DNA from: the human T2T-CHM13v2.0 reference genome, Homo sapiens
Length of the DNA: 64,000 nt
Assembly: GCF_009914755.1 (NCBI RefSeq)
Contig: NC_060925.1
Strand: one strand, 5' to 3'
Shown: positions 28,001-43,000 of the stretch, in pieces
How positions within the stretch are numbered: the first letter of the stretch is position 1
Layout of the letters: every line of letters begins with the position of its first letter
Made by a program: the position numbers and the translations under genes
Notes under the pieces: generated by a model
The model's input: the letters and a program-made list of their open reading frames with translations, nothing else
Databases searched by the model: none
What the model was told of the DNA's origin: nothing

Positions 28001-31000
28001 CATTCAATTCAATTCCATTCCATTCCTTTCCACTCAGGTTGACTCCGTTTGATTCCATTCCAATCCATTCCATTCCATTCCATTCTAGTTGATTCAATTG
28101 CTTTCCATGCCGTTCCATTCCATTCCACTCCATTCCAATCCATTCCACTCGGGTTAATTCCATTCCATTCCATTCCACTCCATTCCATTGCATTCCAGTC
28201 GGGTTGATTCCATTCCATTCCATTCCATTCCATTCCATTCGATTCCATTCCATTTCATTCCTTTCCAGTTGATTCCATTCCATTCCATTGCATGCCATTC
28301 CATTCAAATCGGGTTGATTTCATTCCATTACTTTCCATTCTAGTCCAATCCACTCCATTCCATTCCATTCCATTCCATTACTGTCCATTCCATCCAATTC
28401 CATTCCATTCTAGTTGATTCCATTGCATTCCATGCCTTTCCATTCCATTCCACTGTATTCCAATCCATTCCAGTCTTGTTGATTTCATTCCATTGCATTC
28501 CATTCCATTCCATTGCATTCCACTCGGGTTGATTCCATTCCATTCCATTCCATTCCATTCTAGTTGATTCCAATGCATACCATGCCGTTCCATTCCATTC
28601 CACTCTATTCCAATCCATTCCATTCGGGTTGATTTCATTCCATTCCATTCCATTCCATTCAATTGCATTCCAATCCATTCCATTCCATTCCATTCCATTC
28701 CATTCCATTCCATTCCATTCCGTTACATTTGATTCCTTTCCAGCTGATTCCATTCCATTCTATTGCATTCCATTCCATTCCAATCAGGTTTATTTCATTG
28801 CATTCCAGTCCATTCCATTCCATTCCAGTCATGTCCATTCCATTCCATTCCATTTCATTCCATTCCATTCCATTCCACTAATGTTTATTCCATTCCATTC
28901 CATTCCATTCCATTCCATTCCATTCCACTCGGGTTCATTCCATTCCGTTCCATTCCATTCTATTCCTTTCCATTCCATTCATTTCCATTCCATTCCATTC
29001 CACTCCACTCGCGTTGATTCCATTCCATTTCATTCCATTCCATTCCATTTCGTTCAATTCCATGCCATTCCATTCCATTCCAGTTCATTCCATTCCTTTC
29101 CATTCCATTCCATTCCGTTGCATTCCATTCCCTTACGTTCCATTCCGTTGCATTGGAATCGGTTTGATTCCAATCCATTCCATTACATTCCAGTCCTTTC
29201 CGTTATATTATATTCCACTCGGTTTGTTTAGATTACATTGAATTCCATTCCATTCCATTCCATTCCATTGCATTCCATTCCATTCCATACCACCCGGATT
29301 GATTCCATTCCATTCCATTATAATCCGTTCCATTCCATTCCATTCCAATCCATTCCAGTTGATTCTAATGCCTTTCACTCCATTACATTCCATTGCATTC
29401 CATTCCATTCCATTCCACTCGGGTTGATTCCATTCCATTCCATTCCATTCCATTCCGTGCCTTTCCATTCCATTCCATTCAATTCCACTCGGGTTCATTC
29501 CATTCCGTTCTGTTCCATTGCATTCCATTCAATTCCATTCATTTCCATTCCATTCCATTCCACTCCACTCGGGTTGATTGCATTCCATTCCACTCCATTC
29601 CATTCCATTCCATTCCATTCCATTCCATTCCATTCTTATCCATTCCATCCCATTCCATTCCATTCTAGTTGATTCCATTGCATTCCATGCCGTTAAATTC
29701 TATTCCACTCTGTTCCAATCCATTCCAGTCGGGTTGATTTCATTCCATTCCATTCAATTCCATTCCTTTGCATTCCACTCGGGTTGATTCCATTCCATTC
29801 AATTCCATTGCTTTGCATTCCACTCGGGTTGATTCCATTCCATTAAATTCCATTCCATTCCGTTCCATTTCATTCCTTTCCAGTTGATTCCATTCCATTC
29901 CATAGCATTCCATTCCATTCCAATCGGGTTGAATTCATTCAATTCCATTCCATTCTTGTCCATTATATTCCATTCCATTCCATTCCATTCCATTCCACTC
30001 CATTCCACTCGTGTTGACTCCATTTCATACCATTGCATTCCATTGTGTTCCATTCCATTCCATTCCATTCTATTCCATTCCACTTCATTCCATTGCATTG
30101 CATTCCACTGGCGTTTATTCCATTCCACTCCATTCCATTGCATTCCATTCCATTCCATTTCAATCCATTCCATTCCATTCCATTCCACTCGTTTTGACTC
30201 CATTCCATTCCATTGCATTCCATTGCGTTCAATTCATTTCCTTTCCATTCCATTCCTTTCCATTCCATTCCTTTCCACTCGAGTTGATTCCATTCCATTC
30301 TTTTCCATTACATTCCATTCCATTCCACTCGTGATTATTCCATTCTATTCCATTCCATTTCACTCAGATTGATTCCATTCCATTCCATTACATTACATTC
30401 CACACGGGTTGATTCCATTCCATTCCATTCCATTCCATTCCATTCCATTCCATTCCATTCCATTCCACACGGGTTGTTTCCATTCCTTTCCATTCCATTC
30501 CATTCCATTCCATTGCATTCTACTCGGGTTGAATCCATTCCATGTCATGCGATTCCAATACATTCCATTCCCTTCCATTGCATTCCTTTCATTCCTTTCC
30601 AGTTGATTCCATTCCATTCCTTTGCATTCCATTCCAATCCAATCGGGATGATTTCATTGCATCCCATTCCATTCTAGTCCATTCCATTCCATTCCATTGC
30701 ATTCCATTCCATTCCTCTGGTGTTTATTCCATTCCACTCCATTCCATACCATTCCATTCCATTCCATTCCATTCCATTCCACTCGTGTTTGTTACATTCC
30801 ATTCCATTCCATTCCATTCCATTCCAATCCACTCGGGTAGATTCCATTCTGTTCCATTACATTCCATTTCATTCCATTCCATTCCATTCCATTCCATTCC
30901 ATTCCATTCCACTCAGGTTCATTCCATTCCGTTCCGTTCCATTCCATTCCATTCCATTCCATTCATTTAAATTCCATTCCATTTCACTCCACTCAGGTTG

Positions 31001-34000
31001 ATTCCATTCCATTCCATTAAATTCCATTCGATTCCATTGCATTCCAGTTCATTCCATTCCTTTCCATTCCATTCCATTCCCTTACATTCCATTCCTTTCC
31101 ATTCCATTCCATTCCATTTTATTCCATTGCATTCCATTCCACTCGGGTTGTTTCATTTGCCTTACATTCCATTAGTTTCCATTCCATTCCATTCCATTCA
31201 TTCCATTCCATTCCATTCCATTCCATTCATTCCATTCCATTCCATTCCCTTCCATTGCACTCAGGTTGATTCCGTTCGATTCCATTCGAATCCATTCCAT
31301 TCCATTCCATTCTAGTTGATTCCATTGAATTCCATGCCGTTCCATTCCATTCCACTCCATTCCAATCCATTCCACTCGGGTTGATTCCATTCCATTCTAT
31401 TCCAATCCATTCCATTCCATTCCATTCCATTTCATTCCACTCGGGTTGATTCCATTCCATTCCATTCCATTCCATTCCATTTCATTCGTTTCCAGTTTAT
31501 TCCATTCCATTCCATTACATTCCATTCCATTCCAATCGGGTTGATTTCATTCCATTCCATTCCATTCTAGTCCATTCCATTTCATTCCACTGGTGTTTAT
31601 TCAATTCCACTCATTTCCATTTCATTCCATTCCACTGGAGTTTATTCCATTCCACTCCATTCCATTGCATTCCATTCCATTCCATTCCATTCCACTCTGG
31701 TTGATTCCATTCCATTCCATTCCATTCAGTTCCATTCCATTCCACTCTGGTTGATTCCATTCCATTCCATTCCATTCCATTCCATTCCATTTCGTTCCAT
31801 TTGATACCTTTCCTGTTGATTCCATTCCGTTGCATTGCATTCCATTCCATTCCAATCGGATCTATTTCATTCCATTCTATTCCATTCTAGTCCATTCCAC
31901 TGCATTCCATTCCATTCAATTCCATTCCTGTCCATTCCATTCCATTCCATTCCATTCCATTGTAGTTGATTCCATTGCATTCTATGCCGTTCCATTCAAT
32001 TCCACTCTATTCCAATCCTTTCCACTCAGGTTGATTTCATTCCATTCCAATCCATTCCATTCCATTGCATTCCACTTGTGTTGAGTCCATTCCATTCCAT
32101 TCCATTCCGTTCCATTCCATTCCATTCCATTCCATTCCATTCATTGCCATTCCAATCCATTCCACTCCACTCGCGTTGATTCCATTCCATTTCATTCCAT
32201 TCCATTCCATTCCGTTAAATTCCATGCCATTCCATTCCATTCCAGTTCATTCCATTCCTTTCCATTCCATTCCATTCCGTTCCACTCCATTCCATTCCAT
32301 TCCATTCCGTTGCATTTGAATCGGGTTGATTCCAATCCATTCCATTACATTCCAGTCCTTTCCATTATATTACATTCCACTCGGTTTGTTTCCATTACAT
32401 TGAATTCCATTCCATTCCATTCCATTCCATTCCATTCCATTCCATTCCATTCCATACCACCCGGATTGATTCCATTGCAATCCACGATATTCCTTTCCAT
32501 TCCATTCCATTCTAGTTGATTCCATTGCATTCCATGACGTTCAATTCCATTCCAGTCCATTCCAATCCATTCCACTCAGGTTGATTCCATTCCATTCCAT
32601 TCCATTCCATTGCATTCCACTCGGGTTGATTCCATTCCAATCCATTCCATTCCATTCCACTCCATTCCATTGCATTGCCTTCCATTTCATTTCATTCCAT
32701 TCCATTGCATTCCATTAAACTCGGGTTGAATCCATTTCATACCATTGCATTTCATTGAATTCCATTCTTTCCTTTCCATTCCATTCCTTTCCATTCCATT
32801 CCTTTCCACTAGAGTTGATTATATTCCATTCTATTCCATTCCATTCCATTCCATTCCATTCCAATCGGGTTGATTTCATTCCATTCCATTCCATTCTAGT
32901 CCATTCCATTCTATTGCATTCCATTCCATTCCATTCCATTCCATTCCATTTCATTCCTTTCCAATTTATTCCATTCCATTTCATTGCATTCCATTCCATT
33001 CCAATCGGGTTGATTTCATTCCATTAAATTCAATTCTAGTCCATTCCATTTCATTCCACTGGTGTTTATTCAATTCCACTCCTTTCCATTGCATTCCATT
33101 CCACTGGAGTTTATTCCATTCCAATCCATTCCATTGCATTCCATTCCATTCCATTGCATTCCATTCCATTCCATTCCACTCCACTCTGTTTGATTCCATT
33201 CCATTCCATTCCATTCCATTCTATTCCATTCCATTCCATTCCATTCCATTCCATTCCACTCTGGTTGATTCCATTCCATTCCATTCCATTCCATTCCATT
33301 CCATTCCGTTCTATTTGATTCCTTTCCAGTTGATTCCATTGCATTCCATTGCCTTCCATTCAATTCCAATCAGATCGATTTCATTCCATTTCATTCCATT
33401 CTAGTCCATTCCACTCCATTCCATTACATTCAATTCCATTCCTGTCCATTCCATTCCATTCCATTCCATTGTAGTTGATTCCATTGCATTCTATGCCGTT
33501 CCATTCAATTCCACTCTATTCCAATCCATTCCACTCGGGTTGATTTCATTCCATTCCAATCCATTCCATTCCATTGCATTCCACTTGTGTTGAGTCCATT
33601 CCATTCCATTCCATTCCATTCTATTCCATTCCATTCCATTCCATTCCTTTCCAGTTGATTCCAGTCCATTCCATTGCATTCCATTCCAATCTAATCGGGT
33701 TGATTTCATTCCATTCCATTCCATTCTAGTCCATTCCATTCCATTCCATTCCACTGGTGTTTATTCCATTCCACTCCATTCCATTGCATTCCATTCCACT
33801 GGTGTTTATTCCATTCCACTCCATTCCATTCCATCCCATTCCATTCCATTCCATTCCATTCCATTCCACTCAGGTTGATTCTATTCCATTCCATTCCATT
33901 CCTTTCCATTCCATTGCCTTCCATTCCACTCGCGTTGTTTCCTTTCCATTCCATTCCATTAGTTTCCATTCCATTCCATTCCATTCAATCCATTCCATTC

Positions 34001-37000
34001 CATTCCATTACACTGAGGTTGATTCTGTTCCATTACATTCCAATCCATTCAATTCCATTCCATTCTAGTTGATTCCATTGCATTCCATGGCGTTCCATTC
34101 CATTCCACTCCATTCCAATCCATTCCACTCGTGTTGATTCCATTCCGTTCCATTCCATACCATTTCATTCCTTTCCAGTTGATTCCATTCCCTTCCATTG
34201 CATTCCATTCCATTCCAATCGCGTTGATTTCATTCCATTCCATTCCATTGTAGTCCTTTCCATTCCATTCCATTCCATTCCATTCCATTCCATTCCTTTC
34301 CATTCCATTCCTTTCCATTCCATTCCATTCCATTCCATTCCACTGGTGTTTATTCCATTCCTCTCCATTCCATTGCATTCCATTCCACTGTTGCTTGTTC
34401 CACTCGACTCCATTCCATTGCATTCCATTCCATTCCCTTTCATTCCATTCCATTCAAATCCATTCCACTTGGGTTGACTGCATTCCATACCGTTGTATTC
34501 CATTGCATTCCATTCCTTTCCTTTCCATTGCATTCTAATCCATTCCATTCCATTCCCATTCCATTCCATTCCACTCGTGTTTGTTGCATTCCATTCCATT
34601 TCATTCCTTTCCAGTTGATTCCATTCCCTTCCATTGCATTGCATTCCATTCCAATCGCGTTGATTTCATTCCATTCCATTCCATTGTATTCCTTTCCATT
34701 CCATTCCGTTCCATTCCATTCCATTCCATTGCATTCCATTCCTGTCCATTCCATTCCATTCCATTCCATTCCATTCCATTCCATTCCATTCCATTCCACT
34801 GGTGTTTATTCCATTTCTCTCCATTCCATTGCATTCCCTTCCACTGTTTCTTGTTCCACTCCACTCCTTTCCATTGCATTCCATTCCATTCCCTTTCATT
34901 CCATTCCATTCAATTCCATTCCACTCGGGTTGACTCCATTCCATACCGTTGTATTCCATTGCATTCCATTCCTTTCCTTTCCATTGCATTCTAGTCCATT
35001 CCATTCCATTCCATTCCATTCCATTCCATTCCACTCGTGTTTATTCCACTCCATTCCATTCCATTACCCTCGGATTGATTCCATTCCATTCCATTCCATT
35101 CCATTCCACTCGTGTTTATTCCTATCCATTCCATTCCATTCCATTCCATTCCATTGCATTCCATTCCATTCCATTCTATTTCACTCGGGTTCATTCCATT
35201 CCGTTTCATTCCATTCCATTCCATTCCATTCCATTCCATTCCATTCCACTCCATTCGACTCGGGTAGATTCCATTCCATTTTATTCCATTCCATTCCATT
35301 CCATTCCATTTCATTCCATTACACTCGGGTTCATACCATTCCGTTCCGTTCCATTCCATTCCATTCCATTCCATTCATTTCCATTCCATTCCATTCCACT
35401 CCACTCTCGTTGATTCCATTCCATTCCATTGCATTCCATTCCATTCCATTCCAATTGGGTAGATTCCATTCCGTTCCATTTCATTCCATTCCATTCCATT
35501 CCATTCCATTCCATTCCATTCCATTCCAATCGGGTTCTTTCCATTCCCTTCCGTTCCATTCCCTTCCGTTCCATTCCATTCCATTCCATTCCATTCCATT
35601 CATTTCCATTCCAATCCATTCCACTCCACTCGCGTTGATTCCATTCCATTTCATTCCATTCCATTCCATTCCGTTTAATTCCATGCCATTCCATTCCATT
35701 CCAGTTCATTCCATTCCTTTCCATTCCATTCCATTCCGTTCCACTCCATTCCATTTCATTCCATTCCGTTGCATTGGAATCGGGTTGATTCCAATCCATT
35801 CCATTACATTCCAGTACTTTCCATTATATTACATTCCACTCGGTTTGTTTCCATTACATTGAATTCCATTCTATTCCATTCAATTCCATTCCATTCCATT
35901 CCATACCACACGGATTGATTCCATTCCATTCCATTATAATCCATTCCATTCCATTCCATTCTAGTTGATTCCATTGCATTCCATGACGGTCCATTCCATT
36001 CCACTCCATTCCAATCCATTCCGCTCAGGTTGATTCCATTCCACTCCATTCCATTCCATTCCATTCCATTCCATTCCATTCCATTCCATTGCATTCCACT
36101 CGGGTTGATTCCATTCCATTCCATTCCATTCCATTCCATTCCATTCCATTCCATTCCATTCCATTCCATTCCATTCCATTCCACACCATTCGATTGCATT
36201 GCATTCCACTGGTGTTTATTCCATTCCACTACATTCCATTTCATTCCATTCCATTCCATTCCTTTCCACTCCATTCCAATCCATTCCACTCAGGTTGATT
36301 CCATTCCACTCCATTCCATTCCATTGCATTCCATTCCTTTCCTTTCCATTCCATTCTAGTCCATTCCTTTCCATTCCATTCCATTCCATTCCATTCCATT
36401 CCACTCGTGTTTATTCCATTCCATTCCATTCCATTCCATTTCACTCGGGTTCATTCCTTTCCGTTCTGTTCCATTCCATTTCATTCATTTCCATTCCATT
36501 GCATTCCACTCCACTCGGGTTGATTCCATTCCATTCCATTCCATTCCATTAAATTCATTCCATTCCATTCCATTCCAGTTGATTCCATTCCTTTCCATTC
36601 CATTCCATTCCATTCCATTCCATTCCATCCCATTACATGCCGTTGCATTGGAATCGGGTTGATTTCAATCCATTCCATTGTATTCCAGTCCTTTCCATTC
36701 CAGTACATTCCACTCGGTTTTTTTCCATTACATTGAATTCCATTCCATTCCCTTCCATTCCATTGCATTCCATTGCATTCCATTCCACTCGGGTTGTTTC
36801 ATTTCCATTACATTCCAATAGTATCCATTCCATTCCATTCATTCCATTCCATTCCATCCCATTCCACTCAGGTTGATTCCGTTCGATTCCATTCCAATCC
36901 ATTCCATTCTATTCCATTCTAGTTGATTCCATTTCATTCCATGCCGTTCCATTCCATTCCATTCCATTCCAATCCATTCCACTCGGTTTGATTCCATTCC

Positions 37001-40000
37001 ATTCCATTCCATTCCATTTCATTCCATTGCATTCCACTCGAGTTGATTCCATTCCATTCCATTCCATTCCATTCCATTCCATTCCATTCCATTCCATTCC
37101 ATTTCATACCTTTCCAATTGATTCCATTCCATTCCATTGCCTTCCACTCCATTCCAATCAGGTTGATTTCTTTCCATTCCATTCCATTCCTGTCCATTCC
37201 ATTCCATTCCATTCCATTCCAATCCATTAAATTGCATTCCATTCCACTGGTGTTTATTCCATTCCACTCCATTCCATTGAATTCCATTCCATTCCATTTA
37301 ATTCCATTCCATTCCATTACATTCCACTCGGGTTGACTCCATTCCATACCATTGAATTCCATTGCATTCCATGCCTTTCCTTTCCATTCCATTCCATTCC
37401 TTTCCTTTCCTTTCCACTCGAGTTGATTCCATTCCATTCTATTCCATTCCATTCCATTCCATTCCATTCCGTTCCATTTGATTCCTTTCTAGTTGATTCC
37501 ATTCGATTCCTTTCTAGTTGATTCCATTCCATTCCATTGCATTCCATTCCATTCCAATCGGGTTGATTCCATTCCATTACATTCCATTCTAGTCCATTCC
37601 ACTCCATTCCATTCCATTCCTTTCCATTCCATTCCTGTCCATTCCATCCCATTCCATTCCATTCTAATTGATTCCATTGCATTCCATGCCGTTCCATTCC
37701 ATTCCACTCTATTCCAATCCATTACAGTCGGGCTGATTTCATTCCATTCCATTCCATTCCATTACATTGCATTCCACTTGGGTTGATTCCATTCCATTCC
37801 ATTCCATTCCGTTCTATTTCATTCCTTTCCAGTTGATTCCATTCCATTACATTGCATTCCATTCCATTCCAATTGGGTTGATTGCACTCCATTCCATTCC
37901 ATTCTAGTCCATTCCATTCCATTCAATTCCATTCCATTCCTTTCCATTCCATTCCTGTTCATTCCATTCCATTCTTTCCATTCCATTCCACTGGTGTTTA
38001 CTCCATTCCACTCCATTCCATTGCCTTCCATTCCATTCCAATCGGGTTGATTTCATTCCATTCCATTCCGTTCTAGTCGATTCCATAGCATTCCTTTCCA
38101 TTCCGTTCCGTTCCATTCCATTCCATTCCGTTCCATTCATTTCCATTCCATTCCATTCCATTCCACTCCTCTCGGGTTTATTCCATTCCATTCCATTCCA
38201 TTAAATTCCATTCCATTCCATTCCAGTTCATTCCATTTCTTTCCATTCCATTCCATTCCATTCCATTCCGTTGCATTGGAATCAGGTTGATTCCAATCCA
38301 TTCCATTACATTCCAGTCCTTTCCATTCCATTACATTCCACTCGGTTTGTTGCCATTACATTGAATTCCATTCCATTCCATTGCATTCCATTGCATTCTA
38401 TTCCACTCGAGTTCTTTGCTTTCCATTCCATTCTATTAGTTTCCATTCCATTCCATTCCATTCCGTTCCATTTGATTCCTTTCCTGTTGATTCCATTCCA
38501 TTCCATTGCATTCCATTCCATTCCAATCGTGTTGATTTCATTCAATTCCATTCCATTCTAGTCCATTCCACTCCATTCCATTTCTTTCCATTCCATTCCA
38601 TTCCATTCCTGTCAATTCTATTCCATTCCATTCCATTCCATTCCTGTCCATTCCATTGCATTCCATTCCAATCCATTCCATTTCATTCCATTCCATTCCA
38701 CTGGGGTTGATTCCACTCCATAACATTGCATTCCATTGCATTCCTTTCCTTTCCATTACATTCCATTCCTTTCCATTCCTTTCCTTTCCACTCGAGTTGA
38801 TTCCATTCCATTCTCTTCTATTCCATTCCATTCCATTCCATTCCCTTCCAGTTCATTCCATTCCATTCCATTCCATACCATTCCATTCCATTCCATTCCA
38901 TTGCACTCGTGTTGATTCCATTCCATTCCATTCCATTCCATTCCATTCTATTCGGGTTGATTCCATTCCATTACATTTCAGTCCATTGCATTCCATTCCA
39001 TTCTACTCGGGTTTATTCCACTCCATTCCATTCCATTCCATGCCGTTACAGTCCATTCCACTCCATTACACTAGGGTTAATTCCACTCCATTCCATTCCA
39101 TTCCATGCCGTTACATTCCATTCCATTCCATTCCATTCCATTCCGTTCCGTTCCATTCCATTCCATTGCATTCCATTCCATTCCATTCCAATTGGGTAGA
39201 TTCCATTCCGTTCCATTTCATTCCATTCCATTCCATTCCATTCCATTCCATTCCATTCCAATCGGGTTCTTTCCATTCCGTTCCGTTCCATTCCCTTCCA
39301 TTCCATTCCATTCCATTCCATTCCATTCCATTCATTTCCATTCCAATCCATTCCACTCCACTCGCGTTGATTCCATTCCATTTCATTCCATTCCATACCA
39401 TTCCGTTAAATTCCATGCCATTCCATTCCATTCCAGTTCATTCCATTCCTTTCCATTCCATTCCATTCCGTTCCACTACATTCCATTTCATTCCATTCCG
39501 TTGCATTGGAATCGGGTTGATTCCAATCCATTCCATTACATTCCAGTACTTTCCATTATATTACATTCCACTCGGTTTGTTTCCATTATATTGAATTCCA
39601 TTCTATTCCATTCAATTCCATTCCATTCCATTCCATACCACCCGGATTGATTCCATTCCATTCCATTATAATCCATTCCATTCCATTCCATTCTAGTTGA
39701 TTCCATTGCATTCCATGACGTTCCATTCCATTCCACTCCATTCCAATCCATTCCACTCAGGTTGATTCCATTCCACTCCATTCCATTCCATTCCATTCCA
39801 TTCCATTCGATTCCATTCCATTCCATTGCATTCCACTCGGGTTGATTCCATTCCATTCCATTCCATTCCATTCCATTCCATTCCATTCCACACCATTCGA
39901 TTGCATTGCATTCCCCTGGTGTTTATTCCATTCCACTACATTCCATTTCATTCCATTCCATTCCATTCCATTCCACTCCATTCCAATCCATTCCACTCAG

Positions 40001-43000
40001 GTTGATTCCATTCCACTCCATTCCATTCCATTGCATTCCATTCCTTTCCTTTCCATTCCATTCTAGTCCATTCCTTTCCATTCCATTCCATTCCATTCCA
40101 TTCCATTCCACTCGTGTTTATTCCATTCCATTCCATTCCATTCCATTCCATTTCACTCGGGTTCATTCCTTTCCGTTCTGTTCCATTCCATTTCATTCAT
40201 TTCCATTCCATTGCATTCCACTCCACTCGGGTTGATTCCATTCCATTCCATTCCATTTCATTAAATTCCATTCCATTCCATTCCATTCCACTTGATTCCA
40301 TTCCTTTCCATTCCATTCCATTCCATTCCATTCCATTCCATTCCATTCCATTACATGCCATTGCATTGGAATCGGGTTGATTTCAATCCATTCCATTATA
40401 TTCCAGTCCTTTCCATTCCAGTACATTCCACTCGGTTTTTTTCCATTACATTGAATTCCATTCCATTCCCTTCCATTCCATTGCATTCCATTGCATTCCA
40501 TTCCACTCGGGTTGTTTCATTTCCATTACATTCCAATAGTATCCATTCCATTCCATTCCATTCCATTCATTCCATTCCACTCCATCCCATTCCACTCAGG
40601 TTGATTCCGTTCGATTCCATTCCAATCCATTCCATTCTATTCCATTCTAGTTGATTCCATTTCATTCCATGCCGTTCCATTCCATTCCATTCCATTCCAA
40701 TCCATTCCACTCGGTTTGATTCCATTCCATTCCATTCCATTCCATTTCATTCCATTGCATTCCACTCGAGTTGATTCCATTCCATTCCATTCCATTCCAT
40801 TCCATTCCATTCCATTCCATTCCATTCCATTTCATACCTTTCCAATTGATTCCATTCCATTCCATTGCCTTCCACTCCATTCCAATCAGGTTGATTTCTT
40901 TCCATTCCATTCCATTCCTGTCCATTCCATTCCATTCCATTCCATTCCAATCCATTAAATTGCATTCCATTCCACTGGTGTTTATTCCATTCCACTCCAT
41001 TCCATTGAATGCCATTCCATTCCATTTAATTCCATTCCATTCCAATACATTCCACTCGGGTTGACTCCATTCCATACCATTGAATTCCATTGCATTCCAT
41101 GCCTTTCCTTTCCATTCCATTCCATTCCTTTCCTTTCCTTACCACTCGAGTTGATTCCATTCTATTCTATTCCATTCCATTCCATTCCATTCCGTTCCAT
41201 TTGTTTCCTTTCTAGTTGATTCCATTCCATTCCATTGCATTCCATTCCATTCCAATCGGGTTGATTCCATTCCATTCCATTCCATTCCATTCCATTCCAT
41301 TCCATTCCTTTCCATTCCATTCCTGTCCATTCCATCCCATTCCATTCCATTCTAATTGATTCCATTGCATTCCATGCCATTCCTTTCCATTCCACTCTAT
41401 TCCAATCCATTCCAGTCGGGCTGATTTCATTCCATTCCATTCCATTCCGTTCCATTACATTGCATTCCACTTGGGTTGATTCCATTCCATTCCATTCCAT
41501 TCCGTTCTATTTCATTCCTTTCCAGTTGATTCCATTCCATTACATTGCATTCCATTCCATTCCAATTGGGTTGATTGCACTCCATTCTATTCCATTCTAG
41601 TCCATTCCATTCCATTCAATTCCATTCCATTCCTTTCCGTTCCATTCCTGTCCATTCCATTCCATTCTTTCCATTCCATTCCACTGGTGTTTACTCCATT
41701 CCACTCCATTCCATTGCCTTCCATTCCATTCCAATCGGGTTGATTTCATTCCATTCCATTCCGTTCTAGTCCATTCCATACCATTCCTTTCCATTTCGTT
41801 CCGTTCCATTCCATTCCATTCCGTTCCATTCATTTCCATTCCATTCCATTCCATTCCACTCCTCTCGGGTTTATTCCATTCCATTCCAATCCATTCCATT
41901 AAATTCCATTCCATTCCATTCCAGTTCATTCCATTTCTTTCCATTCCATTCCATTCCATTCCATTCCATTCCATTCCATTGCATTGGAATCAGGTTGATT
42001 CCAATCCATTCCATTACATTCCAGTCCTTTCCATTCCATTACATTCCACTCGGTTTGTTGCCATTACATTGAATTCCATTCCATTCCATTGCATTCCATT
42101 GCATTCTATTCCACTCGAGTTCTTTGCTTTCCATTCCATTCTATTAGTTTCCATTCCATTCCATTCCATTCCGTTCCATTTGATTCCTTTCCTGTTGATT
42201 CCATTCCATTCCATTGCATTCCATTCCATTCCAATCGTGTTGATTTCATTCAATTCCATTCCATTCTAGTCCATTCCACTCCATTCCATTTCTTTCCATT
42301 CCATTCCATTCCATTCCTGTCAATTCTATTCCATTCCATTCCATTCCATTCCTGTCCATTCCATTGCATTCCATTCCAATCCATTCCATTTCATTCCATT
42401 CCATTCCACTGGGGTTGATTCCACTCCATAACATTGCATTCCATTGCATTCCTTTCCTTTCCATTACATTCCATTCTATTCCATTCCTTTCCTTTCCACT
42501 CGAGTTGATTCCATTCCATTCTCTTCCATTCCATTCCATTCCATTCCATTTCCTTCCAGTTCATTCCATTCCATTCCATTCCATACCATTCCATTCCATT
42601 CCATTCCATTCCATTCCATTGCACTCGTGTTGATTCCATTCCATTCCATTCCATTCCATTCCATTCCATTCCATTCTATTCGGGTTGATTCCATTCCATT
42701 ACATTTCAGTCCATTGCATTCCATTCCATTCTACTCGGGTTTATTCCACTCCATTCCATTCCATTCCATGCCGTTACAGTCCATTCCAATCCATTACACT
42801 AGTGTTAATTCCACTCCATTTCATTCCATTCCATGCCGTTACATTCCATTCCATTCCATTCCATTCCATTCCATTCCATTCCATTCCGTTCCATTCGATT
42901 CCATTCCATTCCATTCCATTCCATTCCATTCCATTCCATTCCATTCCTTTCCATTCCATTCCACTCTGGTTGATTCCATTCCACTCCATTCTATACCATT

